Notes under the pieces: generated by a model
The model's database searches: none
What the model was told of the DNA's origin: nothing
What the model saw: only the letters and a program-made list of their open reading frames with translations
Shown: positions 12,235-23,302 of the stretch, piece by piece
How the letters are laid out: each line of letters opens with the position of its first letter
Numbering within the stretch: the stretch's first letter is position 1
NCBI GenBank assembly: GCA_051942205.1
Contig: JAVECO010000148.1
Location: forward strand, 1 to 59,962
From: Coniocarpon cinnabarinum
Lineage: Eukaryota
DNA length: 59,962 nucleotides
Direction of reading: 5' to 3'
Program-made: the position numbers and the translations under genes

Positions 12235-13656
12235 TGCTGCTTCACAGACTCTCAGGTAGCTAGAGAAACAGCAGGCACGACCGTGGATGGTCGCGAAGAG
12301 ACGTGGGGCTCAGGGCGTGTCCGCGTGGAGGTGATGTATGGTTACGTCAGAGACGTCAAGAGGCTCCTGAGGCCGTTGCAGGAGGAGAGCGACAGGTGAG
12401 CAACAACAAGCAGTGGCATCAGGAACGGCCCACGCCACAACCTAATCCAAATCCAAAAGACAAGTACAAGAACTGAAGTGGGCAGTGAAACAGGAAAGCT
12501 CGTGCGCCTGTGAGAGGAGGAAGGTGCCGGAAGAGCAACGGCGCAGGGGCAAGCAGGCGCAAGATGGGGCAAGATGGAGGCCCACGGCAGCAGTACGATG
12601 GGTGGTGGCGGCGTGCAGTGAAGTGCAACGCACCAGATGAGAAGGAAAAGCAATCTCAAGCCACGGGACCAGACCGGACGACGCCGCAAGGATAGGGAGG
12701 ACAGCGTGCACGACCGTGGCCGGTGAGGTGATGCTCATCCACGGGCTGGCGGCGTGGCGGGTCTTTGGTCAGGGTGTCAAGACCATTTCATCCACTCATC
12801 CACTCACCCACTCTCATCCTCTCTGCTAGGGCGACGCCAGTGTCATCTGTAGTGGGGGGTTGAGGATACGCCGCTTCACCTTCTCCCGTCCCTCAATTCC
12901 CTCACTCTTCTGGAATCTTGCCTCATCCATGCTTCCACTTCCGACTGGCTCCACACGCGTGGTTGCACAGCCTCTTGAGATTGCGCGCACGCACACACAA
13001 AGGGTCGTGTGTACACATCTTCTGTATGACAGACACAGTCAATCCCTGCACACGTGGAGGTCTTAATATGGCACGTGCATCACGCGTACAGAAAATGTGC
13101 ATGTAGACGCCGTGACGCTTAGAGCTAGCTGCCGTCTCTTGACGCTCCCTAGAAGGCGGTGGTCTGGAAAGCTTACAGTGCATCTTCGTCGGAACAGCCG
13201 CTGACATGCAAGGGGCTACCAAAGAAGCCACTTGCCTCCTCTGTTGAAGCTTGTACTGGGCCAAACCTGTGTAGTGTCAAATATAATCAGAGTTCTCGGT
13301 CACGAAACACACTGCCTTCCAACCGTCAGGGTAGGATTAAATGTCTCACTTGAGTGCCGTCCAGAGCTTAAGGTGCTGCAGCATTCGCAGAAACTGGACA
13401 TTAACGCGCTCGAGCACAGAAACACTGGGGTTCGAGTGTCGTCACGAAGAGAGGCACGTGCAGGGGTAACGAACTTTGTTGTTGATACAGCGCTCAAATA
13501 AGAACGAGCACAACTCATCCCTTGCAGTCTATTCTAATGTCGCTAAAGAGCATGCCTGTCGCTCTCGAATGCGTGTAGCAATTGGTGACCTCTTCAACAA
13601 ATCTAAATAATGGTTGTTGTATGTATTGGCACCAGTCATCATCATTCTCCCACCCT

Positions 13657-14193
13657 TCATACTCTCAATGACTCGACCTCTTTCTCTGCTGCCTCCATCT
13701 CTCGAATCGTTTGGTGTGTCGGAAGTGCAACCGCGTCTGGTAATTTCTCATTCCCTCGACCAAGATCATCCTTGAAGTTCTTGAGTTCGCCTTGGACCCG
13801 GTCTCGAAGGGAGTCGAATTCGGTATCGCGGACTGGCTTGCAACCCATTCTGGAAGTTGCTCGAGCACCAGCGACGGCATCCAGAGCGTTGGTGCTGGAT
13901 TGCTCGGAGGTTACGGTGTCTTCGGGTACTTTGGGCTGAGGGAAAGCAACGGTGCCCAGACGAGCGCCGGCAATGCGCTGGAGCGCGGATGGCTGCGGTG
14001 GCGTCGCACGCTTGGTCTCGACGGGGTTTTGCGTCGCAGGCAATGTGCTGATCGGGAAGGCCCGCTGACTTGGCATACGTGCACCTGCCACGCGTCTCAT
14101 GGCGGGCATGGATGTCTGTGATGATCGTGCAGGCTGCGCAGGTAGAGTCGACTTAAGGGCGGAGAGAATGCTCCGCGCGCCGGTGTTGGCCAT
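13657..14193 (-). CDS. Hypothetical protein, basic N-terminus with repeated (A)GAR motif
   Basis: 178-aa ORF, CACAATGG start context, charged helical C-terminus; no family recognised. Confidence 0.55.
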   Translation of the reverse strand: MANTGARSILSALKSTLPAQPARSSQTSMPAMRRVAGARMPSQRAFPISTLPATQNPVETKRATPPQPSALQRIAGARLGTVAFPQPKVPEDTVTSEQSSTNALDAVAGARATSRMGCKPVRDTEFDSLRDRVQGELKNFKDDLGRGNEKLPDAVALPTHQTIREMEAAEKEVESLRV

Positions 14194-15164
14194 TGTGATT
14201 GGCGATGCCTCACGAGACTAGAATCGAATGTTACCACGTAGCGGTGAGGCTGGAGTAGTTGATTAGAAAGTGGCCGAAAAGTGCAATGTCTCAGTTGTAT
14301 GGGGTTGGAGTATGCAGCATGAGGCAGAATGCGAAATGGGCTTGCTCGCTTAAGGGGGGCAAAAATAGCTGAAGGAGAAAGGTGTCAGAGTGCAGGAGAG
14401 GCGAGAGTTATATTCGAAATTGTTGAAGGGCAAATGTCAACGCACGAAAGATTGAGGTCTTAAACGATGGGATCCCCAACGAACCACGGTGGCCTTGGAT
14501 GTGGGACCTTTCGTCATGACGGTCTTTCACGGTGTTCGCAGTGTCCAATGCTGACGGGCCAACCACGAGCAATGGCCCTCAAACGTGTCGTGCCGTCCAT
14601 GATGAAACGAGTCTACTGTGCCAATGCAAAGCGTTGCCATTGGGCAGCCGCAATTATGCGACTTACCGACAGTCACGTTTTATCAGAGAAAATTAAAGAG
14701 ATAGCGATCGACCTTGCAAGCGAATACCTCCGGCACGAAACTCACGAAATTTCGGCCAATCTGAGTTGCTAGAATTTTTTTGTAGCGATGATGTCACTGC
14801 CTGCTGTGTCTGTGCTTCCCGCACAGAAGACACGTCGACAGTACCAATAAAGCCTGAGCGCATTTCTTAGCACTTTGCCTTCTCACAATTCCCTGCAAGG
14901 AATACGCTCGCAGTATGTTGTGGCCAGATATTCGAAATTTGGAGACTCAATTTCAGCAGGCCCAGAGCTGGGTCAGGGTGCGCGCTGGGAACAGGGTCTT
15001 GGCTAGCTCGGAACGGTACATTCAACACAAACACTGCGGCGATGTTCCGACCACGAGGCTCGCAGATCTGTCCTTAGAACTTTCGTTGAAACGCGGCTAC
15101 GCGGCATCGATTCATTACCCATCTTTTGTTGATATAGCATGTGGTACAGGTCAACTCCCAGGTC

Positions 15165-15764
15165 CTACTTCTCACCGACGGGAACGAGCTTGCCCACAAT
15201 CAGATATTTTTCTTCGAATCTTTCCTCCCATCCTCTCAAAGCATCCATCTCCTCGTCTCCCAGTCCCTTGAGATCATCAAGTGGCCCTTGTAGGTCCTTC
15301 GTGAGCATGTCTTCGTCAAAGCTGCCGCATGCCAGGCCCCGAGATGCATCTCGGCCCGCGAAGTTTTCGTAGGGACCTCCTGGCCCGTAGAAGTTGCGGC
15401 CGGAAGTCACGTCGAACACACGGCCTCGAATGGCCAGGTAGACTGGGTTGCCATTATTGCCATCGTTTGGGAGTAGCTCTGGGGGTGTGTATGTCTTGAA
15501 GAGAATCGGCTCTGGAGGCCTGGGTAAAGAGTCTTCTGCTGGCGACCGCGAGCGAAGATACAGTATCGTGACTAGAAGTGCGAGTATAAGAGTGTTCAAA
15601 GGAGTCACCAGCGGGCCACTTCAGCTGCTTCAGCGTTTGTGTTACAGCGAGGTTGAGCATCCACCTACTCACTTTGCGATTGCTTTCGCAAAAGTTGATT
15701 CTTTCGTTGGTCAGCTGAAACCAACAAGATTGAAATTTCGGCGAGCCCTACCAGACGATGCCAT
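15165..15764 (-). CDS. DAP1: Membrane-associated progesterone receptor / cytochrome b5-like heme-binding protein (Dap1)
   Basis: N-terminal TM helix then VYLAIRGRVFDVTSGRNFYGPGGPYENFAGRDASRGLA...WEERFEEKYLIVGKL. Start inferred at ATG 15764 via two short 5' introns (approximate). Confidence 0.9.
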
Positions 15765-16297
15765 GATGCAATCGCGACCCTTCTAACTATGCGATGATGT
15801 CTACAAGGGAAATCAGATGTGTCACGTTTCGAAGGAAGCGCAACCGAATGCTGCCTCGCAAGTCTAGTAGAATGTGAAACTAGGGTTGTGCCGCCCTTAA
15901 TTCACAAGCACTTTTCTGCCATTGGAGCGAGGCGGAGGTAGAGGAGAGAGGCGCAGCTAACCCTGTCTGCAGCCTTTTTTGCGCGTACTTGTCACAATAC
16001 AATGCGGAATACCGCATGCCGTGGGGCGACTTGCACTGTGATTCGCGTGAGCGGGGAAGAAGACCGAGTGGATTGCGCGGGTGTGACGCTAGGTGCGCGT
16101 CACCCAGGAGACGGAGACAGCCTATGGGGACATCGATTCCAAAAAGTGAGCTTGCTGTCGCACTGCTTTTTACATCCGCTCGGTCTGTGTAACAAATCAA
16201 TCGATAGCTTCGTACCAGGTCAGAGCCAACCAGGCCTCGCGGCACTTTCTACGTGGGCCTTCTTCGGTAGATCCCTACCACCATCTGTCTGCGCTGA

Positions 16298-16318
16298 GCA
16301 GCAGCAGCAGCAGCAGCA
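16298..16318 (+). repeat. (CAG)n microsatellite, ~7 units
   Basis: gcagcagcagcagcagcagcat read directly in intergenic/5' region. Confidence 0.8.
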
Positions 16319-16803
16319 TCTACGCCCGCGAAATTGCGTTGAGGTGATGAGCCGTCTAGCGCATACAAGTAGAGATACATCTAGTCGCTCGGTTGTTTCT
16401 GATCAGGATGAAACCGCCAATAGCGACTCACGAGCAGCCTGTTGCACTCAAAGTACGGGTGTCTGCATTGAGCAGGTACCTAATGAAGGTACCTCACATT
16501 GATCCTGGTTCCCATCTCCCAACAAGACCTTGAAAAACCAATCTGCCTCTCACTTCTTGCCTCTGTCATCTGAAAGTGGTCGTCCCTTCCTTCCACAGTC
16601 TCATCGCTCTAAGAATAGGATTGACTTTCAACGCTCGTTACCTCCATCAATCGCTACTTATTCCATCTCCTTTGCAGCATTGACTTGAGAACAAACTTCC
16701 ACTGCACTTCAGCACTTCAGCACTTCTAGTCTCTGCAGAAACCCTGCGACATTCGTTTAACTACTATTCGCGAGGGCTTTGAAGTCCAGCTTTGCAAGCA
16801 AAC

Positions 16804-17277
16804 ATGTTCACCAACGCTGTAAGCTCAGCTCGCTTCTGTGGGAAAACTCACAGCTCACACCAGCTTCAGCAGTATCTTCTTCTCGCCGCCTTGGCCACCT
16901 TTTCGACCGCTTCTCCATACCAGCCCAGCCTTGTGGCTCGCAAGCCTCCAAACACCACTGGCGGAGGCATTGGCCGTCCTACCGGCCTCACCCTCAAGAT
17001 GAACAGCTTTTACGGAACGAGCAACTGCAACGGCAACAGCTCCGTCACCATGGTGCCCTCTGGCCAATGCGTGCAATTGCCCTTCCCTGCTCAGTCCTGG
17101 TCCACCTCCTCAGACGTCAACACGCAGCAAATTCAGATGAACGTCTACGGCAACGCCAACTGCCAGGCTCCAGGAATGGTGGAGCATCTCGACATGGGCT
17201 CCGCTTGTGTGTCATTCGAGGCGTTGGGCGGCGGCAATAGCAAGGCGTCTGCTCGCAGCGTCATGGTGGTGACCTGA
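16804..17277 (+). CDS. Small secreted 4-Cys protein (effector-like)
   Basis: ATG 16804; removing an in-frame intron from 16819 (GTAAGC) to 16863 or 16869 gives signal peptide MFTNA(LQ)QYLLLAALATFSTASP; propeptide ending LVARK; two internal Y-x4-C repeats. Confidence 0.75.
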   Translation: MFTNAVSSARFCGKTHSSHQLQQYLLLAALATFSTASPYQPSLVARKPPNTTGGGIGRPTGLTLKMNSFYGTSNCNGNSSVTMVPSGQCVQLPFPAQSWSTSSDVNTQQIQMNVYGNANCQAPGMVEHLDMGSACVSFEALGGGNSKASARSVMVVT

Positions 17278-17871
17278 AGGCGGCCTGTTGCCTGGCACGG
17301 CATTTGACGGCGTCACACAGAACCCTGTGCAATCTTTGACGGTCTCTGCGTCTACTGCGAGGAGCGCCAATCCTGGCCCACCTTCTGTACCCTAGCCGCT
17401 CTAATTGAATCCGCTGGGAATATCCTGAAAGAACCTCTAAATCTCTATTTGCCATGTACAATGGCCCCGCTGTTGCCTCCAGGAGGACAGTACCTTTGCA
17501 TGATCTGCTCACGACACAACAAGTTGAAACGTAGCTCTGCACTTGGATGCATTGTTTGATGGGGATGCATATGGCTAGTGCGGCGGGGGCGAGGATCGAC
17601 AGGCACCCACGCACTCATTCCCTCCCACTCGCTCGGCTTCTCGGCAAGCCCGTCTTAGCATCCATAACGGCTGTCACCGCGTTCCCTCTTGCAGATACGC
17701 CAAAGCTCTTCCGAGACTTCCTGCGCGTCATAGTCAAATTGCCCTTGCGTCTCGCCAAAATGGAGTCTCTGCTCAGTGAGATTTTGATTCCACTCCATTC
17801 TCCACGTCTCCATCCTTCGGCGGCCGCTAGCGGTTGTTTGTGGTCTACACAAGGTGCGCTGAGAACAGGCA

Positions 17872-19301
17872 ATGAGCTCGCCTCAGTCCGATGAAGGCCA
17901 GCACGAGCAGAATGGCGATCTCGAGCACAAAATCTCCGCCGAAGACGCCCAGAGGCGGAGGAGTAGATGGGCTGCCGCCGTTGAGAGCTTTTCGCCTATT
18001 TGGTATGGGTCGTCGCGACGTAGAAGCACCGTGAGTGACTAACCAGATGAACGACCTAGGTATGCTCTGGTCATGAACACTGGCATTTTGTCAATCATCA
18101 TGCAAAAGCTTCCATATCAATTCGGCGGCCTCGGTGTTCTGTCTACGATAGTATGTCTGCAAGCTATGAACAAGCTTGAAACACTCGCATTCCGCTAACG
18201 ACGAGGGCAGCTCTTCGTCTTCACCATCGTACAATTCATCCTCTACACCATCGTCCACCTTGCCCGCCTGATCATCTTTCCTCGTTCCGTGTATATCCAG
18301 ACAAGCACCAATGGTGAGGAGGCCTGCCTCTGGGGGTGTGCCAACATCGGGCTGCTGACCATCACCGCGCAACTTGCACTGACCGCCTCCACGTCGAAAT
18401 GGGGCTACCATGACTTCAGCATGGTAGCCTACGTCTTTTGGTGGTTATCTACCGCTTTCATGGTGACATGTGCTATGGTTGTCTACATTTCCCTCATCAA
18501 GATGAAACATGCCCAAGAATTTACGCTCACGGCAGCGATCTTCATACCGGCTGTGGGAACGACGACAGATGCGTTGGTAGGCGCTTTGGTGTGTACCTAC
18601 GCTAGTGACTTATCGGCGGCTTTGGCCGTGCCAATTATCATTGTGGGATGGATGCTACTTGGGTCAGTCTATACTGCCGCACCATCCCATCACGTCATGA
18701 TTGTATACAACAGCATGCTGACATTTTCCATGCCAGTTTTGGTCTCTTCGTCGCTCTCTGCGTCTACGTTATCTTCCTCCATTCCCTCTGGACAAAGGGG
18801 ATGTGGCTTCCCCACGCCAAGCTTCCGGGTCTTTTCCTTTTCGTTGGCCCCTTGGGCCAGTCCTCTGGCGCAATTCAGATGCTTGCGTCTGCCGCAATGA
18901 AAAATTTTCCCAACTATCATCGGGGCCAGTTCCTGGAGCAGACATCGACGACGCCAATCTCAGCTGTCAGCGAGGTTCTCGGACTCATGTTTCTTGGCTT
19001 CGATCTCTTTTGGTTCATGTTCGCCCTCTTTTTCGTTCTGGAAGCTGCGTTTAAAAGGAAGCTGAGCTGGAGCATGACGTGGTGGAGTACAATTTTCCCA
19101 GTTGCGACGCTCAATGTGGCGTTGCTCAACCTGAGCCTACAACTGGACAGTTCGGCATTCCGCGTCTTGACGACGGGATTGTTGTTGATTTTGCTGATTG
19201 ACTACTTCACGTGTTGGATATTTACTTTGCGGGGCATCTGGAAAGGGACTGTGCTAGATGGGAGAGAGCAGCTCGCGCAGCTTGCAAGGAAGACAGATTA
19301 A
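17872..19301 (+). CDS. TDT/SLAC1-family anion transporter (Mae1/Ssu1-like dicarboxylate or sulfite transporter)
   Basis: FSPIW-YALVMNTGILS after splicing, FLFVGPLGQ, WSMTWWSTIFP, multiple TM helices; three introns near 18003, 18151 and 18663. Confidence 0.88.
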
Positions 19302-19543
19302 TTGTGGATATATGCAAAAGTCAACTCTAACACTTATCACTAGAGCAGGCAATGCTAATAACCCGAGAGCATTTGCTATAGGTCGCCTTGGCCTTCTTAA
19401 CGCGTCCGAACGCGACCTTTGAATCTATACAATGACGTCACACCCGTTGCTTTCATTGTAGCCTATCTACAATGTTCACCACATTATTGTATACCCTCTA
19501 AGCGACCCCGTTCCCTCCTCTCTCCAAATAAGCCATTAAAACA

Positions 19544-20734
19544 ATGGCCACTCTACAAGACACCCTCCGCTTCTTGACTACCACCGCGAAAATCCCCCTT
19601 GCGACTGCCCTCTCACTCTCCAAGCCACTCCACGCTGCTAACATCTCTCCTGCAACACTGCCCTCCACCCCACTCACCGACCTGACAGCTCTCCTGAAAG
19701 ATCTCGACCCCGAGGAAAAGTACAGCAAACAAATCCACGCTGCGTCCAAGCGCAAGAAACGCAGCGCTACTGCTTCCACTGCGTCCCCGAACAAGCGACA
19801 CAAAACTCCCCAATCTACTGTATCATTGGAGGATGGAGAAGTGGGTCTTCCAACACCGAAAAAGGACGAGGAACAAATCAGACAGACAGTGATTCGTACA
19901 AACCGAGCACCGTTGCTGCTAGCGTTCGCGACGGTGCTATTATCGTATACGCATCCAGCGCAACCGGTGGATTCGCAACTGAGCTTGGGTATGGCGGTCG
20001 TGAGTGCGGGCGCGAAAGCAAAGGGACTAGATTTAGGTGTCTTGGATTCAAAACGGGTCGATGCTGCTGAATCTCTCGGAAAGGGACATCGGAGTATTCG
20101 TATCACGAGTCGCGAAGTAGCCGTCTTGAGACGGGAACGGGCGACTCATAGAAGTAGTACAGACGCAAGTGATGTATCTGTGGATGCACGAAAAACAGTA
20201 AAGAAGGGCGAGGAAGGTGGAAGTGGGCAAGAGGAGGAAGAAGCAGATGGGGTCGACGAAGCCAGCACACAAGAGACAATTGGACGTGAGGAACCGAGAA
20301 ACAAAGAGAGCGAGGATTGGCTTTGGGGACTTGATCTCGATGCTCTGGCGGAGAACAAATCCGGCTTACCCATTCACAAGGCTTCATCTGCGCTTTCGTA
20401 TCTTCGACGATCCTTTCCTTCATCCACTACCGCCACCTCTACCAATGCCACCTCTCCAAGTGTTGCCGCTAACAAATCTTGCCCTAAGTCAAACAAGAGC
20501 AAAGCCGCCGCCGCAATTGAAGAGAAAGAGCACAACCTCGCACTCCTCCTCGGGTCGCTTGAACTGCTCTTCGACTCCTGGTCGGGTGTATTAGGCAAAA
20601 GTGAGTTAGATCGGCGAACTTGGAACTGGTACACCAGAGTAAGACCGGAGGTTGAGCAGGGACGACAAGGCTGGGGTGGACGGGGTGATGTGAGGTTAGA
20701 AGATATACTGAAGTTGAGGAGGCCAGAAGACTAG
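19544..20734 (+). CDS. Conserved-looking fungal hypothetical protein, probably nuclear
   Basis: Single 396-aa ORF; globular blocks TNRAPLLLAFATVLL and WYTRVRPEVEQGRQGWGGRG; NLS-like KRKKR. Confidence 0.75.
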   Translation: MATLQDTLRFLTTTAKIPLATALSLSKPLHAANISPATLPSTPLTDLTALLKDLDPEEKYSKQIHAASKRKKRSATASTASPNKRHKTPQSTVSLEDGEVGLPTPKKDEEQIRQTVIRTNRAPLLLAFATVLLSYTHPAQPVDSQLSLGMAVVSAGAKAKGLDLGVLDSKRVDAAESLGKGHRSIRITSREVAVLRRERATHRSSTDASDVSVDARKTVKKGEEGGSGQEEEEADGVDEASTQETIGREEPRNKESEDWLWGLDLDALAENKSGLPIHKASSALSYLRRSFPSSTTATSTNATSPSVAANKSCPKSNKSKAAAAIEEKEHNLALLLGSLELLFDSWSGVLGKSELDRRTWNWYTRVRPEVEQGRQGWGGRGDVRLEDILKLRRPED

Positions 20735-21751
20735 GTCGGGCAATGCAACGAAGAAGCTGGGTGTACGGAGTAGATGGTCTCAGTCCGGTTCACATCCCGA
20801 CCTTAAGGCACAGATTCTGACCTCGGATTAGAAATCGACGAAGTTTCGAGCACGAACAGAGAACCTCTACTACGGCCGAGCAACCCCACGTAATCGCAAC
20901 GGGACCAGCGTATTCTGACGAGCAACGTATCACGCCTTGACTTAATAACCATACCTGTGGCACCAAGCTGCAATCACACGATTTTTGAGGTCCGGAGTCC
21001 TTCTGGAGGAAGATCGCAACCCAAGCCCCAACGTTCGTCTAGAGTCAGGATAGGCCGCTTCTTTGTCGCTTCAAACGTTGAATCAGACCATTATGGTAAA
21101 AGTGTCCTGAGCTCCGCGTCCAAGCAGAAAATCTCATGAATAATCCTCTACGCATCGAGTCGTGGTGCTCTGATGTCTGGTGCAGCACATCCCGGGACCA
21201 TGGCCCCCCAAATCAATGCACAACAACTGGGGCACTCCCTTTTCCTTCTCCGGAGAACACCACAATCGATGACATTCACATGCCACTGACAAACAAGGAG
21301 GTCCGCACTCCCTGATTGTGCTTAGAAGAAGTTCCGTCCTGTCCTTAATACCATCGACCCCAGATCCCTACCCAAAATGGCAATTTTTTCGTTTCACGTC
21401 CAGTGTCCTTCAGATTACTCACCTCATCTAGCCAGCCTCCCAAGTCTTCACAAGACTCCACATGGACGTTAGGGAGGTCGCGCCCGAGGCTGAGGGCATC
21501 GTGAGACGTCGGAGCAAGCGGAGAAGGTGGCGCTGATACGAGCACATGGCGGGCCTTATAGACTCGTGTCTCTGGCTTTATGCAGGTATTGTTTTTGTTC
21601 TTATCTGCTGGGTATGCTGGCTTACTTGCAGTAGACATCTAGCTTATTGCATTCTTCTGCACCGCTGGCGTGCTTCACTCTTTCTCTTGGAATATCATTG
21701 AGCATTGTGACGGTCGTTCCCTATTGGAATAGCTGGACCATCTGAAGCGTC

Positions 21752-23134
21752 ATGCAGCTTCTTTACCTCCTCGGGCTGCTGGCTTCCGTCCTCAGCAGCG
21801 CTGCTTCTGAGCCACAAAGCCTGAACACTTCTTCCTTTTATGTGCCAGTTATACAGGATTCGACATCCACACTCATTGCTCAGTTTCCGTTCAGAGACTC
21901 GCAATCATCGCAGCTTCGGCGACGTACCCCTGCACACGATCTTTCACTTTCATGGCCTCCCGCGAGCACCACCCTCGAAGCTCGACGCGTCACCTTTGAC
22001 CCCGCCCTGTCAACTGGTCCTGGATCTGAGCTCGGAAAAGTCGTTCCCTACGTCGCCCCAGAAGATGCGCAGATAACGCCTCTCAACGCACGAAGCATCG
22101 CATTTGACTCAGCGGTGGCCAATGGGCCCGGAGCGAATCTTGGGAAATCCCTTCCGTACCTACCTCCCCAAGACGCGACCAAGACGCCACTGAGACCACG
22201 GCGTATTACTTTTGATCCATCGCTCTCCACTGGACCGGGTTCGGAATTGGGAAAAGTCGTACCTTATGTTGCACCTGCAGATCCACGCGTCACACCGCTG
22301 AAAGCGCGAAGTATCGCACCGGGCGCAGATTTGGGCAAAGTCGTCCCTTACACCCCGCCTCCAGGCGCTCCAGCACAGGCGCCTGTAGCTTCCAACGCAG
22401 CGGACGTGAACAGCGGCCCTGGATCTAATCTAGGGAAAGTCATTCCCTTTTCCCAGTACACTGACAGTACGACGTCGACGATCACGGGCATAGTCGGAGC
22501 GCCTGAGTCTCCAACTGCATCGCCAACCACGGACGCTGACTCGGTTTGGGCACCGTATGTCCCGCCCTCTGGCAAGGCACCGACACCAGCTGGTTTAGCC
22601 GCCGCGCCCCGAATTTCCCCATTCACGCCGAGACAGAACTCGGCGTCAGATCAGGGGAAATCCGCACCGTATGTCCCGCCTTCAAGCAGTGGAACTGATG
22701 TCCCAGCCGGAATAGCCGCCGCGCCCCGAATCTCCACATCAACCTCACCCTCAACCTCGACGCCACCTCCCTCCAGCACCCCAACGCCTAGCACCTTCCT
22801 AACAACGACAACGCCGCCGACGCCCACTGCGACCAAAATCCCCATCCCACCCCAGCTGACCTCCTGGTTCTCCACGACCAAATACAAATACCCCGGCCAG
22901 CCGACTACCACCGCTAAAAGCCCGGTCCCCTCGTGCGCCACGAACTGCATGCAGATTCTGATGAATGGGGGACATACCCCGCAATGCAAAATGGGCGACT
23001 TCAAGTGCTATTGTGGGAACTACTCGTTTTGGTTTGCGGCCAAGGAGTGCGGCATGCAGAGTTGTGGGAACCAGGAGCAGAATGCTTATGAGATGTATGA
23101 TGCGCTGGAGAATTGGTGTATGTATTCTTTGTAG
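21752..23134 (+). CDS. Secreted repeat protein with C-terminal CFEM domain
   Basis: Signal peptide MQLLYLLGLLASVLSSAAS; five GPGxxLGK(V/S)(V/L/I)P(Y/F)-type repeats; S/T/P linker; 8-Cys CFEM pattern PSCATNC...C..GDFKCYC...C....C...C. Confidence 0.85.
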   Translation: MQLLYLLGLLASVLSSAASEPQSLNTSSFYVPVIQDSTSTLIAQFPFRDSQSSQLRRRTPAHDLSLSWPPASTTLEARRVTFDPALSTGPGSELGKVVPYVAPEDAQITPLNARSIAFDSAVANGPGANLGKSLPYLPPQDATKTPLRPRRITFDPSLSTGPGSELGKVVPYVAPADPRVTPLKARSIAPGADLGKVVPYTPPPGAPAQAPVASNAADVNSGPGSNLGKVIPFSQYTDSTTSTITGIVGAPESPTASPTTDADSVWAPYVPPSGKAPTPAGLAAAPRISPFTPRQNSASDQGKSAPYVPPSSSGTDVPAGIAAAPRISTSTSPSTSTPPPSSTPTPSTFLTTTTPPTPTATKIPIPPQLTSWFSTTKYKYPGQPTTTAKSPVPSCATNCMQILMNGGHTPQCKMGDFKCYCGNYSFWFAAKECGMQSCGNQEQNAYEMYDALENWCMYSL

Positions 23135-23169
23135 TGGGGTGGATGTGGGCCGGGTGGTTAGATGGGGGA

Positions 23170-23212
23170 GAGAAGATGAGCTCTGAAGAGAAGATGAGCT
23201 CTGAAGAGAAGA
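23170..23212 (+). repeat. 18-bp tandem repeat (GAGAAGATGAGCTCTGAA) x2.4 between convergent genes
   Basis: Read directly. Confidence 0.8.
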
Positions 23213-23302
23213 CGGGACGTGAGGGAAGGGGTTTGGGGGGAGGCGAGAATGTTTGGTGATTGATACGTTGAGTGTTCTTGAAGGATATGATACAAGTTTC
23301 AA

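Noticed and set aside
12342..13518. Several 60-115 aa ORFs upstream of the 387-aa gene
   Set aside because: Pyrimidine-rich leader or promoter sequence; no coherent exon structure or motifs.
20735..21750. Possible tRNA/ncRNA (GTCGG...CCGAC stem, GGTTCAC)
   Set aside because: No cloverleaf or proper A/B boxes could be built.
21983..22450. Repeats considered as a CRISPR-like array or dikaritin RiPP precursor cluster
   Set aside because: Repeats are degenerate at the DNA level and coding; eukaryotic context; no DUF3328 or tailoring genes adjacent.
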